A DNA stretch of 63,315 nt, the filler included, from Folioceros fuciformis (taxonomy: Eukaryota): the NCBI GenBank assembly GCA_049999805.1. It is 22 parts of 22 records of this genome, joined end to end, with 100 filler letters (N's around TTAATTAATTAA, not from the genome) between each part and the next. Parts side by side here need not be neighbours in the genome. Positions count along the whole stretch, not along the records: positions 49,821 to 53,651 come from JBNGIO010002616.1; positions 53,752 to 55,319 come from JBNGIO010002617.1; positions 55,420 to 58,954 come from JBNGIO010002620.1; positions 59,055 to 60,643 come from JBNGIO010002621.1; positions 60,744 to 63,315 come from JBNGIO010002623.1; 17 more parts are not named here. One strand, 5' to 3'. Made by a program: the position numbers and the translations under genes. The notes beneath the pieces are model-generated. The model had not been told where the DNA came from. It was given only the letters and a program-made list of their open reading frames with translations, and ran no database searches. This document shows, in pieces, positions 50,958-63,315 of this stretch. Position 1 is the first letter of the stretch, and every line of letters begins with the position of its first letter.

Positions 50958-51073
50958 GTATAGCAACGAAGAGAGTAGAAGCCTAAGTGTAGCAACGAAG
51001 AGAGTAGGAGCCTAAGTGTAGCAATGAAGAGAGTAGGAGCCTAAGTGTAGCAACGAAGAGAGTAGGAGCCTAA
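50958..51073. repeat. 29-bp tandem repeat x4
   Basis: GTGTAGCAACGAAGAGAGTAGGAGCCTAA units. Confidence 0.95.
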
Positions 51074-51148
51074 AGGAATATGAGCACAAGGAGGAGCGTA
51101 GGGAGGGCAAGCTAGGGACGTACACGTACTAAAATTTATATTCATACG

Positions 51149-53651
51149 TGAAGGATCGCTAGAGGAGCCACATGGTGAAGGAGGAGAGGAAAAAGAGAGG
51201 TCACACTCTCACAATGTCTCACATTGCAAGGGAGCTCAAGGGGGTATTTATACCCTCTAGAAAAGCTCTCTACGAAGCTGCGCAAGAAGCTTCTTACAAA
51301 TTAACTTAAGCTAATCTAAACTAATGATACTTAACTAGACACTAATCTTAGACTAAATACATTAGTCTAAGCACATTAGGCTTTAATAACCCTACAACCT
51401 CCCACTTAAAAGCCAATTTACCTTCATAGGAGAGTGGTCTACCTCATGCCCATAAGTGTCCAAGCTTGTGCGAATTGCTCCGAAGAGAGCCCCTTGGGAA
51501 GAATATCTGCAGGGTTACGACTAGTGTGAACTTTGACAAGCTGTACCCTCTTGTCTTTCAACACCTCTCGAATGAAGTGATACTTCACTTCCACATGTTT
51601 GGTCTTCGCATGAAACACTAGATTCTTCGCAATTTGAATAGCACTCTGGCTATCACAATGCAACAATGGCGGCTCAACCTTGATCCCCAAATCTCCTACT
51701 AAACGAGCAAGCCACATGGCTTCCTTGCAAGCCTCAGTCGCTGCAACATACTTGGCTTCTATGGTAGATAGTGTTATGCACGATTGCAAACGAGATCGCC
51801 ATGAGACTGCCCCTCCAATGCACATGAAGACATAACCTAATGTGGACCTCCTTTTGTCCATATCCCCTGCACAATCAGCATCCGTATATCCCACGACAGA
51901 TGCATCTTCACTACCAAAACATAAGCACAAAGCTTTCGTACCATTTAAGTACCTCATAACTCCTTTCACTGCCTCCCAATGCTTCCTACCAGGGTTTGAC
52001 ATAAACCAACTAACCACTCCCACTGCAAAAGCAATGTCAGGATGTGTAGCAATCATTGCATACATCAAACTCCCTACAGCTGATGAGTATGGAACCTTCT
52101 CCATTTCAGCTTTGTCCTCTGCAGAACTTGGGCAATCCTTGCTTGAAAGTTTCACATATGGAGGCAACAGAGTACTCAATAACTTCCCCTTCTCCATATT
52201 GAAACATTGAAGCACCTTGTTAATGTACTCAGTCTGAGACAAGTAAAGAAAATGCTTCTATCTGTCTCGACGAATACGCATGGCAAGAATATGGCTTGCA
52301 TTTCCTAAGTCTATCATGTCAAATCGAGCATTCAACTTTGACTTGAATGCTGAAATCTCATCACTATTAGTCCCATCAATTAGCATATCATCTACATAGA
52401 GGACCAGAATGAGCAAGCTTCCATCCTTAGCTTGCTTCGTATAAAGGCAATGATCTTCATCGCTACGCTTGTAGCCTTGAGAAAGCATAAATGAGTGGAA
52501 CTTGTAATACCACTTCCTGGGTGCCTACTTCAAACCATAAAGGCTCTTCTTTAACTTGCGCACTAGATTCTCTGTGCCTTTCTTAATGAAACCCTCTGGT
52601 TGCTGTATGTATACCTCTTCCTGGAGATCACCATGTAGAAATGCCGACTTCACATCCATCTGGACAAGTTCCATGTCATTCCTCGCAACCAGACCAAGAA
52701 CTCATCGCAAGGTGGTCATTTTGACAACTGGTGAGAAAATCTCATCAAAGTCAATACCTTGCTGTTGCTTAAGACCCTTAGCAACCAATCGTGCCTTGTA
52801 CTTGGGTTTGCCATAATGGGGTATGTCCTTCATCTTATACACCCATTTGCATGGCAACGCCTTCTTGCCCCTAGGCAACTGAACCAACTCCCAAGTTTGG
52901 TTCTGATGGAGCGAATCCATCTGCGACTGCATCACCTTCTCCCACTTGTCCTTGTCAGTCACTGACATGGCCTCTTGGTAACAAGAGGGCTCCCCACAAT
53001 CCGTCAGCATGATATAATCAAGAGAGGCAACATACCTGTTAGGAGGACATAAAATCCTTCATAACGTACGAAGCACTGGCGCCTCGACTAGAGCTGGTTG
53101 CACTCTCTCCTCTTCTACAAGTGAAGGAATGTTCTTACACATCACGACGTTCAACCTGTGCGGGACGGTCAAATCCATCTTCTTGGAAGACCACCCATCG
53201 CACCTCCACAGTTGGAGTAGGCTTCTTGTGCATCTTGGTCTCATTGAAAATAGGATGCACCCCCTAACGATACAGTGGGCATAGGTCCACAAACGTCACT
53301 GTGAACCAACTCAATAGGTTTACTTTTATATTTACCTCTTGCTGCATGTTGTGACTTCGTTTGTTTCCTATAGAAACAGTGCTCACACACGGAGAAATCG
53401 GAGAAGTCAAAAGCAAGGACGTAACCAAAATGAGATAAGATCTTCATTCCTTTTTGAGACATATGTCCTAAGCGACAATGCCACAAGGATACACTTGGCT
53501 GTTCCGTTACACAAATCACATGATCCTTGACAGTGGTTACCTGAAAGTGAGTGCAAAGTGCCCAAAGTACCCTCGATCCACGAGCTAACACAAGAGAACC
53601 TTTAGAGATCTTCCAAGAATGATCTCCAAACCAACAGTGGTAGCCAGCGTC
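51149..53651 (-). mobile_element. Copia family A, 3' part with integrase core deleted and 3' LTR
   Basis: LTR at 51149-51396, PPT at 51397-51407, RNase H (YTDAD, CDSQSAI) and RT; deletion junction near 53245. Confidence 0.96.
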
Positions 53652-55225
53652 NNNNNNNNNNNNNNNNNNNNNNNNNNNNNNNNNNNNNNNNNNNNTTAAT
53701 TAATTAANNNNNNNNNNNNNNNNNNNNNNNNNNNNNNNNNNNNNNNNNNNNACCGGTAGTCCGGTAGTCCACGGGACTACCAGTAGTTGGGTAGCCGATG
53801 GGGCTACCGGTGGCCCAGCAAGGCCCAGGATAGCTGAAGAGCCAACCCTGGAAACGAAGGAGGAAGCAGTAGGGGCGCCTGCCCCTAGGCGCTCCAGGAG
53901 GGTGACCCGTACCAGGAGGATAGAGCCGGAGGAGACAACAGCTGGGCAGGCAGAGAACCTTCAGGTACCCCAGTAGGAGGGGGAGCAGGCAACCCGAGGT
54001 AGCCCAAGGGAGGACAGGGTAAGCACCTCTGTTATGACAGAAGGTCGGATTGTGCTGCAGTATGAGAGGAGGCCTCCTATGTGCAAGGCCTGTATGTAGA
54101 AGGGGCCAGAGTTCTGAAGCTGTTTCTGTATGTACGTATGGGCACAGAAGGGACGCGGGGCTACGTCCTACAGTTGAGGACGCGCCTGGGACTCTACCAC
54201 TACAGCTAGTGGGTGATAGGACTGCCCCATTGCTATGCGGAAGCAATTCTGGAGGAACTGTCGGAAGAGGAGGCCAAGTGTTGGGTAGAACGGGGGCCTG
54301 TGGCTGTCCATCACCGTGTACAAGAGGCCGGTTTGAAGGCCTAAGAAATCAGCAAGAACCAGCCGAACAGACGACCTTGCAGGGACCTAGCGATGGCCAT
54401 TGCTGGACAGGAAGTCCAGGCAAGCGAGCGCACGTAGCAACCTGGGGTGCGGGTGTAGGTGGTGGGCGCTCTGTGATCAAGCCCGGGGACGAATCGGGAG
54501 GAGGAGCCTCGCCGAGTGGGAGAGAAGCTCCTAAGCTATCCTCGAGGTGGTCACGTGGGGTGGTGCGGGTGTTGGAGCCGAATCCGCGAGTGCGGAGTGG
54601 AAGGGACCCCTCTTCCCTTAGCCCCGGTCCCTCACCATTCCTCAACGTTAATAGGAGCCCAGGAGGGGGCATCGCTGAGAAAGAAGACTGAAGAACCGGA
54701 GAAAGGAGAGCGCAGGAGTGCGCGTGTGTGGGAAGGAGGAGGAGCGAGTGGCCGAGTAGTGGGTAAGAGCGAATGCGAAAAGGAAGCCAGAAGGAGTGGA
54801 GCAGGAAGTGAAGCGGAGTGGAAGTGATTCAACGACTGTTAAGACGGGCAGAATGAATACAGCGAACTGGTGAGTGGGGTAAGAGAGAACAAAGCCGGGG
54901 AAACCCCGGCGGTGGTGACGTGGTGGGTAACGTGTGTGGGGTGCAACGAGACGTGGTGTGTATGTGTGACTGGTCGCGATGAGACTGGAGATGCTGTGAA
55001 GAAGCTGAATTGAGACCGCAGGGTGTGTATCTAAGGTGTGAGATCACGCGGGTGGAAGGCGTCCAACAGATTGCTGCTGTTCATGTGTGTGTGCGCTTGT
55101 TTCTGAGGTGAGTGAGGCGGTTTTGTGGTGAACCAAGGAAGGGAAGCGCCAAAGGGGATGCGCGGGCAGGAGGTAATCAGTCGGGTAGGAACGACCTGGT
55201 GGGAGAGAAAACCTTAGAGAGAGGG

Positions 55226-55256
<31 letters not shown>
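55226..55256. repeat. (GA)n microsatellite
   Basis: About 13 GA units. Confidence 0.95.
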
Positions 55257-55260
<4 letters not shown>

Positions 55261-55619
55261 ACCTACGAGCGGTAGACCATCAAGCGACCGTCACCCGAAG
55301 AGCGACGGTAGTAGTCCATNNNNNNNNNNNNNNNNNNNNNNNNNNNNNNNNNNNNNNNNNNNNTTAATTAATTAANNNNNNNNNNNNNNNNNNNNNNNNN
55401 NNNNNNNNNNNNNNNNNNNCAATATAGCAATATATGAAAACAACATCCTTGCAAGAAGAAAAGGAAGTGAATTAAACAAAGTACAACACATGAACACATA
55501 TATAGTCTTGGCAGTTATAACCGCCTTTGAAGAGTGCCCTAATTCTATAAAGGGTGCCCTAACTAATACTAGCACAATGTATATTAAATAGGACTTATTT
55601 TTCTAACATCATTTAGTGT

Positions 55620-56560
55620 GGCCAACAGCTACAACACATCAATTGGGAAGAGGCCCGTGCAATGATTGCAACCCTACGACAGGAGGACATAAGTCGGGAT
55701 GCAAACCAGGCACGACTAGAATCCAAAGTGCAGGAATTGGAAAAGGAGCGAGAATAATATCTCCTCAAGGATGGTGAGCAAAGGCAAGGACTGGAGAAGT
55801 TGACCCAGTAGGTGACCATGTTGCAAACTTCCCAACAAGGTTTATCACATGAGATCATTGCATGTCGAAGGGACTTTGCCAGTCCGAGGAAACTAGGAAG
55901 GTGGTGGAGGAACAGCTACGGGAACAAGTCTACATTGCAAAGGATTTACAAGGCAAGCTAGATGAGTTGGAGGCACATAATGCTAAAGCAAACTAGGAAC
56001 TCCAGCCACGACTTGAAGCAGGGCAACGAGAGCGAGTGGAGAGGGAACAATTGACCATCCAATTAGAAGACCTTCAGCAGGTGAAAGCACAACAAGAAGC
56101 TGAGCGCCAGACCAAGATTCACAAGATGCTGGTGGCTCGAGCTCATAGGTTTCGTGCTGACTATGCCTACTTGATGGGGTGCATGACCAAGCTTCATGCA
56201 ACTCATTAAGAAAACCTTGACCTACAGTTGAAGGTAGGGGTGATGAAGGCTGAACGGGATATCTACAAGAGTAGATGCGAGGGTGGGGATTGGGTTGTTG
56301 ACATGGATACCATAGATCTAGCTCAACAGAATCGCAACCTCCACCTACACCAATGTCTACTCGCTCATCACAAGGAACTGGCAGCATTGGCAAGGCGAAG
56401 GTATCTTGGGCCACATGATGACGACCGTGAGGCCCTGGAAACAGTGCCCCTACCAACAAACTTTCAAAAGGATAGCAGTATGGACCTGGAGAGCTCGCAA
56501 TGGGAACTTGAGGAGCTACTATGGGCTAGGAAGAGCACGCAACAAGGGGTACCTACTCCC
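55620..56560 (+). pseudogene. Degenerate coiled-coil ORF of unknown function
   Basis: E/L/K/Q-rich heptad-like translation with stops (e.g. ARLESKVQELEKERE), fused to the family M LTR. Confidence 0.4.
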
Positions 56561-57877
56561 GTAGAGAACCTACCTACGAGAGGAGGGGTAGGAATGGTAG
56601 GTACCCTACCTACGGAGGGAACATTCCCACCCTACGTAGGGAAGGAGCCTCAAGTTGAGGAACAAGGGGAACCCTCCCCTACCAAACTTGTAGGTGGTGG
56701 TGAAGGGATAGCCCAAGAGATCCACATAGAGGAAGGTATGGTGGAAGCTTGTGGATCCAAAAGAAGATGAATCCCAATAATGGAGGGGGGCCCAGTGGCT
56801 CAACCTTCAGACTCTGCCTCCCTTCAAGAGCCACCCTAGCCATACCTTTTTGAAAAAGGGGGTCAACGAATCTTCTATGGCGGCACCGACAGTCCTAATC
56901 TTCATCGGCGCGCACTGCCTTAGCCACTATTGGTAGGTCTTAGCCTCTTGGTAGGTGTGCGTAGTAAAAGCTGGCCATGGCTAGTGGTAGGTAGGAAGTC
57001 GTCTGCCATCCTATATAAGTAGAACGAAGAACTTGAGCCAGAGGCCCCCGTTCTTTGATTGTAAGTGTTTCGTGACGAATAGAGAACCAATTTTCGTAAG
57101 CCTGCGTGGACATCCTAGCGGAAGGGGGAGCTGCGATTGCCCTTTCTATTGCCGATCGCAAAGGTTCTTGTGATGTCTGGTTGGGAGTCTTGAACGTAGG
57201 GAAACGTGGAGTTGGATTGTGTAGAAGGTGTTGTGAGGAGACTTGTGGGGAAAGGTGCTGGGTGTAGGTAGTTGGAAGTTGGTAGGGGAGGTACTGGGGC
57301 CCTTCCAAGTGAAGGAATGGTGCCTACCTACCGACTGGACGTGTTGAAGGTACGCGTTGGGAAAGGTTGAATGTCATAGGGGAACGATAAACAGAGTTGG
57401 AGGGAGCGGAGTAGGCTCGGAGGAAACTCGTTGGTTGCTGGGTGTAGGGAGACGAGCAGCTAGATTGTGGGTAGAGGAAGGTGTTGTAGGGAGCCTTGTG
57501 AGGAAAAGGTATCGAGTGTAGGGAGGTAGAAATCAGTAGGGGAGGTACTGGGGCCCTTCCAAGTGAAGGAATGGTGCCTACCTACTGACGGGATGTGTTG
57601 CACGATTGGTAGAAACGTGATTGGAACGTAGAAATTGGTAGGGGAGGTACTGGGGCCCTTCCAAGTGAAGCAATAGTGCCTACCTATTGATGGGACGTGT
57701 GGCCAGATTGGTTGGTACGTGGTTGGGAGAGTTGACTAGTGTAGGGGAGCGATCGACGTAGCTGACCAGGCTCAGAGGGGAGCGATTCCGGGGAAACCTA
57801 CAACGACCATGGGATCGATGTGGCCACGATACATGTGAGCGGGTGCCTGGTAGGGATACCATGCCCGCTTGCCCATA
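56560..57877 (+). mobile_element. Family M LTR, second partial copy, inserted in a Copia RNase H
   Basis: Reverse complement of parts of 41463-43260; followed by ALSSIEAEYKSLTKASKEA (57879-57935). Confidence 0.88.
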
Positions 57878-57937
57878 AGCACTCAGTTCCATTGAAGCCG
57901 AATATAAGTCCTTGACAAAGGCTTCCAAGGAAGCTGA

Positions 57938-58954
57938 TGTTGGATGAGGATTCGCTTACCCTTTAAATAATAAATGTATTAAATAATAAGTGTATTAGGG
58001 TTAGGCGAGTAGATATGAATAGTTTCATTTATTTTTAGGGCACGTTGACGGTTGGTAGTTGGTAACTGCCGTGTCATGTGAAAGACACACGAACGTCGTT
58101 TCACCATCTAATTCTATTCTTAATTCTATCGCTTCCTCGCCTACATGTCTCTAGTGCGCTTGCGCCTACTACAATCTACTTGCTGTTCATAAACGACATG
58201 GTATCAGAGCAAGCGTTCAGGCGTTGAAACAATCTACCCGCTTTCTGTCAAGTAGCACAAATCTCTGGAGGACAGAATGCAAATAGATTGTTTCAACACC
58301 CTGCACAAACAACCGAAGTAAGATGGATTCCCCTGCTGCCAAGTGTGGCTGGTTGCTCTACCTTGCGACGTTTGTAGGACCAGAGCTCGAGCCGCTGGTC
58401 TACAAGCTGGTCGCCCAGACAGCCAGTTGTGCGGAGGCGCAGGAGAGACGCAAATGCCTGAAATTGCGCAAGAAAGTTGTTAAAATTCAAGTACGTCGAT
58501 CTTGGAACAAATAGGAAGATTCATTCCAGAGCATACCTTCCAGGGAGCTCTGGGCGCTGCTGGTAGAGCGGCGTTGAGGCGCGCATTTGGCTTGCGGGTG
58601 TACAGTTGGTGGCGTGCAGCAAGGATGGTCCAAGATCTCTCGGAGGGAGAACTGTCAGAACCTTAGCATGGCACACCGTCACCGTGGTCACAGAGGGAAC
58701 TCAAGACGAGTCTTCCAGCCTGTACCACCCTACGAAGTGTCAAACCTGCCTGTTGGGAGAGGCAGACACACAGAGACACGTACCCATAGAGATAGAATCC
58801 CAAACTTGCACATTCCGAACCCGAGCATTCATCAGTATCGAAGGGTCGTGCTCCAACGCCATCAAGGAACAGAATCTGTGCACCCTAAGCCAGTCACAAG
58901 AGATAGTGAGGAGACACTCACCGTTGCTATACAGCACCTTACACAAAGGCTTGA
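57938..58954 (+). mobile_element. 5' LTR (57938-58198), PBS(Met) 58199-58210 and leader
   Basis: TGTTG...CGACA followed by a perfect TGGTATCAGAGC. Confidence 0.85.
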
Positions 58955-59054
58955 NNNNNNNNNNNNNNNNNNNNNNNNNNNNNNNNNNNNNNNNNNNNTT
59001 AATTAATTAANNNNNNNNNNNNNNNNNNNNNNNNNNNNNNNNNNNNNNNNNNNN

Positions 59055-59279
59055 GAACCTAATCCTTCCCAGCTCTGGGACCAAACCTATACCCACTCTT
59101 ATAACCAAACCCACTATTTCCTGGTCAATTAACCCAATTAGCACAAAGAAAAATAGGAAAAATGACCAGAAAATCAAGGAAAATTAGGAAAAATAAGTTG
59201 AAAAAGAAAACCAAACCATACCACTATTAACCCTTTTTCAACCAAAACAAACTACTACCCCAAACTTTGGAGGTTCACA
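59055..59279 (-). mobile_element. LTR terminus, inverted copy of 33840-34063
   Basis: Aligns by eye with 33840-34063 and ends GGTTCACA. Confidence 0.8.
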
Positions 59280-59902
59280 CATGCTGTCCAGCATTGAAGA
59301 GGATCACGCAGTTTGCATGATTACAAGTTGGAAAATCACACCAACACCAGCACACAACATCCTATTGCTCAAAAACACGCTCTAAATCTAAGCTTTCATT
59401 CAAGATTGCATTCCAGATTGCGTTTTCAGCAAGAAGGATCTTGGGATTGCTCCCCTGTGTGCAGCGCTCTCAGGCGCGACTTCAACAACTGCCTGTAAGA
59501 GCCCTAATCCTCCACTTATCTTTGCTTCAGCGCAGCACCATCTTCACGGGCGCCTTCCAACCACGTTTGCGCCCAGCCATTTCCATCATTTTGTAGCGCA
59601 TCCGCCCTTGTCGCCCTTCTCCCACGTTTTTGCAGCCTGCCTAACTAGCCTGCAGCGGGGTTTTGTCAACACGTCCTCTAACTTAGGGTTTGCAACTAAC
59701 ATGCTTATTTAGCATGTCTACTTGGCTGATAATGAGTTGATCACTTATGTCCTAAAAATAGGGAATTTCTATACTAGCATATTCTGTAAATATCCATATT
59801 AGAATATTGTCTCCATATGCTCCTTTCATTCAATAAACACTCTTCCTTACCTCGAGTCATCTACCACTCAATTGTAGGTGGGACAATCCCAAGTACAGTG
59901 GA

Positions 59903-60442
59903 ATGGGGGACTGTCCCGAGAATACTCGTTGCTGGGACTGTCCCGGGTATGTCCCACCTTGTGCTGCTTGTCTTTCATGCCATATTGAAGCAAAGGCCAT
60001 GGCTGACTTGGATGCCATTCTACATGCTACAAGAGTCAACTTCGCCACCGACGTCACTGGTTTGGCACATGCTGCAGCCGCGACTCCGCTATTCCACATA
60101 CGCGATGAGGCTATGGCCTCTGAGAGTAATCTGTCTGCCATGTTGGTCCTCCTCTCCATTCAAACTGCACACGGGATATCTGATGTCGCCATGTATGCAT
60201 TGCTACAAGTTTTGGGGGTGAATTTGCTGCCACAGCCCAATACCCTGCCACGCACAATTGTAGATGCAAAGAGGACACTATTCTCATTTGGGCCAAAGTA
60301 TCATAAAATACCTACATGTGAGAAGGATTGCTTGCTATTTTGGGGAGTGTATGCAAACGATGACAATTATCATTGTTGCGATAGAGCGCGCTTTGTTACA
60401 GGGAGTGGCCTCTATAACGGCACAAGGATGAGAACAAAGTGA
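59903..60442 (+). pseudogene. CACTA/EnSpm TnpD transposase N-terminal fragment
   Basis: LSAMLVLLSIQ...SD...LLPQPNTLPRT..DAKR...YHKIPTCEKDCLLFWG matches the region upstream of the Transposase_21 domain. Confidence 0.85.
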
Positions 60443-61606
60443 TACAGGGAGCAAAGGTAGTTTTAAGAATAATTCTCTATCTATGTATTTTACAATTAGT
60501 TAATCATGTACACCAAGGTTCCTTTTTAAGTAACGACTAACCTGTCCCTTCAAAACAGTCTGTCTCGGCTGCCTTCTAACGGTCATGTCGTTCCGTTTAG
60601 GTTTAACTAATACGTGCACCGTTAAGGGCACTATACAGTCAGANNNNNNNNNNNNNNNNNNNNNNNNNNNNNNNNNNNNNNNNNNNNTTAATTAATTAAN
60701 NNNNNNNNNNNNNNNNNNNNNNNNNNNNNNNNNNNNNNNNNNNATCCTGGATATTGTGCAGACACAACTCCTGAGTCTTCACTTGTTGGGTTTCTGCCTT
60801 TGGAATGAGTGGGAGATAATTGCCGACAAGGATTATCTACGAAAACACCACATGTTAGCATTATGCAATAATACTTTTGATGCAATCTATTTTAGGCTTA
60901 TTCCCTTACCAACATGTTCGACCTCCTTCATCACCACTTCGGCGTTCTCTACATGGGCTTGTATGATCAGCAAGTCCTCCTCTTCATCGACCATATCTTC
61001 ACCTATGTTAGTGGATTTGGCACATACTTGAAGAAAATTAGCATCATAATTCGGATCCTCTATTAAATGACGAGGCCCATATTTTGGGATATTATGACCC
61101 CGCAGCAAGGCATCACGGTACCAATGCATGCGAGCACGGGTAGCCTCCTTGCTAAGTGCCTCCCTTTCACGCCTTACCATTTTTCTTCTTTTGGCCACAC
61201 GAAGAGCACGTGCCGATGTTTTTCTAGCCATACTCTTTCCGGTAATTGCCATGGCACTCCGTGCCAAGGGGCACACAACAGCACCCGCGCCAGAGCGCAC
61301 CTGGTAGCAGATCAGCAAATCTGCACACATAACAACAGACATTGGGACACCCATCAGCATTTATAGGTGGGCGACAAAGGTCACCAACAGATTGTAATAG
61401 CACACCAGCAGCAATTCGGCCCTGAGGGCAGCAATCACTCGCAATAGGTTGTAGCCTGAAACTGGGCGCAACATTGTTAACAGCATGGAGCGCGCGGCGC
61501 GGAGCTTAGCCGGAGCGCAGAGCAGCGGGATCCGCGCAAGAAGAGCGAAGTGGAGCGGGTGCCGAGGTGAGCGCCGAAAATGACGCGTTCTCCTCGTGGG
61601 GGGAGC

Positions 61607-62079
61607 GGCTCACAGCCCACAGCAGGTGTGGCCGGCCAACTGCCGTACCAGCCCCTCGCACCCTCCAATTGGGTGGCAGGGGACGGACAAGCCGGGCACT
61701 TCTCCAATTTTTTATTTTATCAAAACATCCAACAGGTCCCCCATTCCGATACTAATTCGGGCATGGGGCTCACAGCCCGTGGCACGTGCGGCCGGCCAAC
61801 TGCTGTACCGGCCCCTCGCACCCGCCAATTGGGTGGTAGGGGACAAACAAGTCGGGCACTTCTCCATTTTTTTATTTTATTAAAACATCTAGCAGGTTCC
61901 CCATCCCAGTACTAATTCGAGCATGGGGCTCACAACCCACGGTAGGTGCGGCCGGCCAACTGTCGTATTGGCCCCTTGCGCCCGCCAATTGGGTGGTCGG
62001 GGACGGACAAGCTGGGCACTTCTCCAATTTTTTATTTTATCAAAACATCCCCCATCCTAGTACTAATCCGGACATGGGG
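61607..62079. repeat. 160-bp tandem repeat x3
   Basis: GGCTCACA at 61607, 61767 and 61927; a GC-rich half with CCAATTGG and an A/T-tract half. Confidence 0.95.
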
Positions 62080-62326
62080 TGCTTAGTATTAGAGTTTTGA
62101 TAGAGCTATGCACACCAACGCCGTCTCACCACACCACAATAACTGTGCAAGGTTTTGGATATATTAGCTTTTTCAGGTTCACTTTAGTGGGATTTAGTTA
62201 TTTTCAATTAGTTTAAGTTTAGATTATTTTTCTTGGGCTTATATCTTTTGATCTAGTGGGAGTCTACCAGTCTAAATAGACTCATTTTGAAGCTAGTTTT
62301 CACCCTACATTCATAGTGAGTGAGAG

Positions 62327-62595
62327 TGATGAAATATATCTAGTTTAGGGCACTATTCACTAGGGCCACATCACTTTAAACATTATATTATCATCTAGGG
62401 CATTAGGTAGTTACCTATTTAGTTGCTCTAGGTAGTTAGTTATTATATTAGTTACAACTACTTATGGTTACAATCACTTATAGTTGTAACCACCTAATAA
62501 CCTCAACCACCTAGCCTATATAAAGGCTTGTACTTTACTCTTTAATTCATTGCATTCTATCTTTTGCATCTAAGAGCAAGGCGTGATTTTCATCA
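62327..62595 (+). mobile_element. 3' LTR (269 bp) preceded by PPT
   Basis: 8-bp inverted termini TGATGAAA...TTTCATCA, TATATAAA at 62517 and PPT GAGTGAGAG. Confidence 0.85.
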
Positions 62596-63228
62596 ATTGC
62601 GTGTCCTCGGAAGTGTGTTAGTGCATAGGAAAACTGATGATGCCGGGAGGCTGAAAATTTTTGTCATGGCTGAGTTGGAAATGTGGAACCAAGTTTGTAG
62701 ACTGAGAAAAGCTAATGACCCGGAAAGCCTGGTGTGATGGAACTCCTCATCACCTTGAATTGACCACAAAGGCAAACAAGCGTCTTCGGGCAAAGCCAAT
62801 GCATCCACCCCATGTTCCCCAACCAAGAATGCATTAAACGGAGGTCTGTCTTCCTCTTCATCTACTAAGTAGGGACTTCGGCAATTGTTTCCCTCAAGGG
62901 GCCCTTGCCCGTGATCAGTTGTCTTTGCCTCCACATTTGGTATGTGGAAATCATGGCTTGCTTGGGTCTGGAGGAGCGAGGTATGATCCCCTGCAGCCTG
63001 TGCAATAGAATTATAGTGAACAAAGCAAGCATGACCTTGTTGTGTGCAAAATGACAGCATGCAAGTTGTAGTGCCAAATTGCTTCAATGCTTCCCATTGA
63101 TAGAAGCTCAGACCATGTTCGGTGGTGTCGAGCAGATGTGTCAGCTTGAATAACTTTCCTGTGTTCACACCCGGGGCACGTGCAAAGAACTCAAGGGATC
63201 TGCTTGTTGCGGAAAGGGGGGTCCACAA
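62596..63228 (-). pseudogene. CACTA TnpD N-terminal fragment interrupted by the LTR element
   Basis: FLSLQTWFHISNSAMTKIF...NTLPRT is homologous to the 59903-60442 protein. Confidence 0.72.
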
Positions 63229-63315
63229 TTGCTTGCTAGCTCAAACTCTGGATTGCGAATCACAAATCTTGTGGCGATGTGGTGGATCCTAATCGCAATG
63301 GGCTGGGCATGATAA

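Noticed and set aside
50741-51073. CRISPR-like array
   Set aside because: The intervening sequences repeat rather than being unique spacers, there are no cas genes and the context is eukaryotic.

Overview
This is not one continuous locus. It is 22 unrelated contigs joined by 21 artificial 100-bp linkers (44 N + TTAATTAATTAA + 44 N), so adjacency across a linker means nothing. Contigs 1-2 (1-2391) are extremely AT-rich and lack CpA/TpG, the signature of fungal repeat-induced point mutation (RIP), so they probably come from an ascomycete symbiont or contaminant. The other 20 contigs are decayed land-plant repeat DNA (tRNAi-Met primer sites, TTTAGGG motifs); a bryophyte or fern host is my inference only. 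They contain many nested Ty1/Copia fragments (one Tnt1/Tork-like family in at least 8 pieces), Ty3/Gypsy pol fragments, solo LTRs with target-site duplications, an L1-type LINE, the 3' end of a restriction-like-endonuclease (CRE-type) non-LTR element, Harbinger and CACTA transposase relics, and several minisatellites. The only clear host-gene relic is an intron-containing cytosolic isoleucyl-tRNA synthetase pseudogene. The most unusual signal is mostly missing from the ORF track: at 5275-5722 (-), reading through two stops gives the C-terminal half of a bacterial-type beta-class N4C/N6A DNA methyltransferase fused to retroelement-like sequence. All family assignments come from manual motif recognition; no searches were run.
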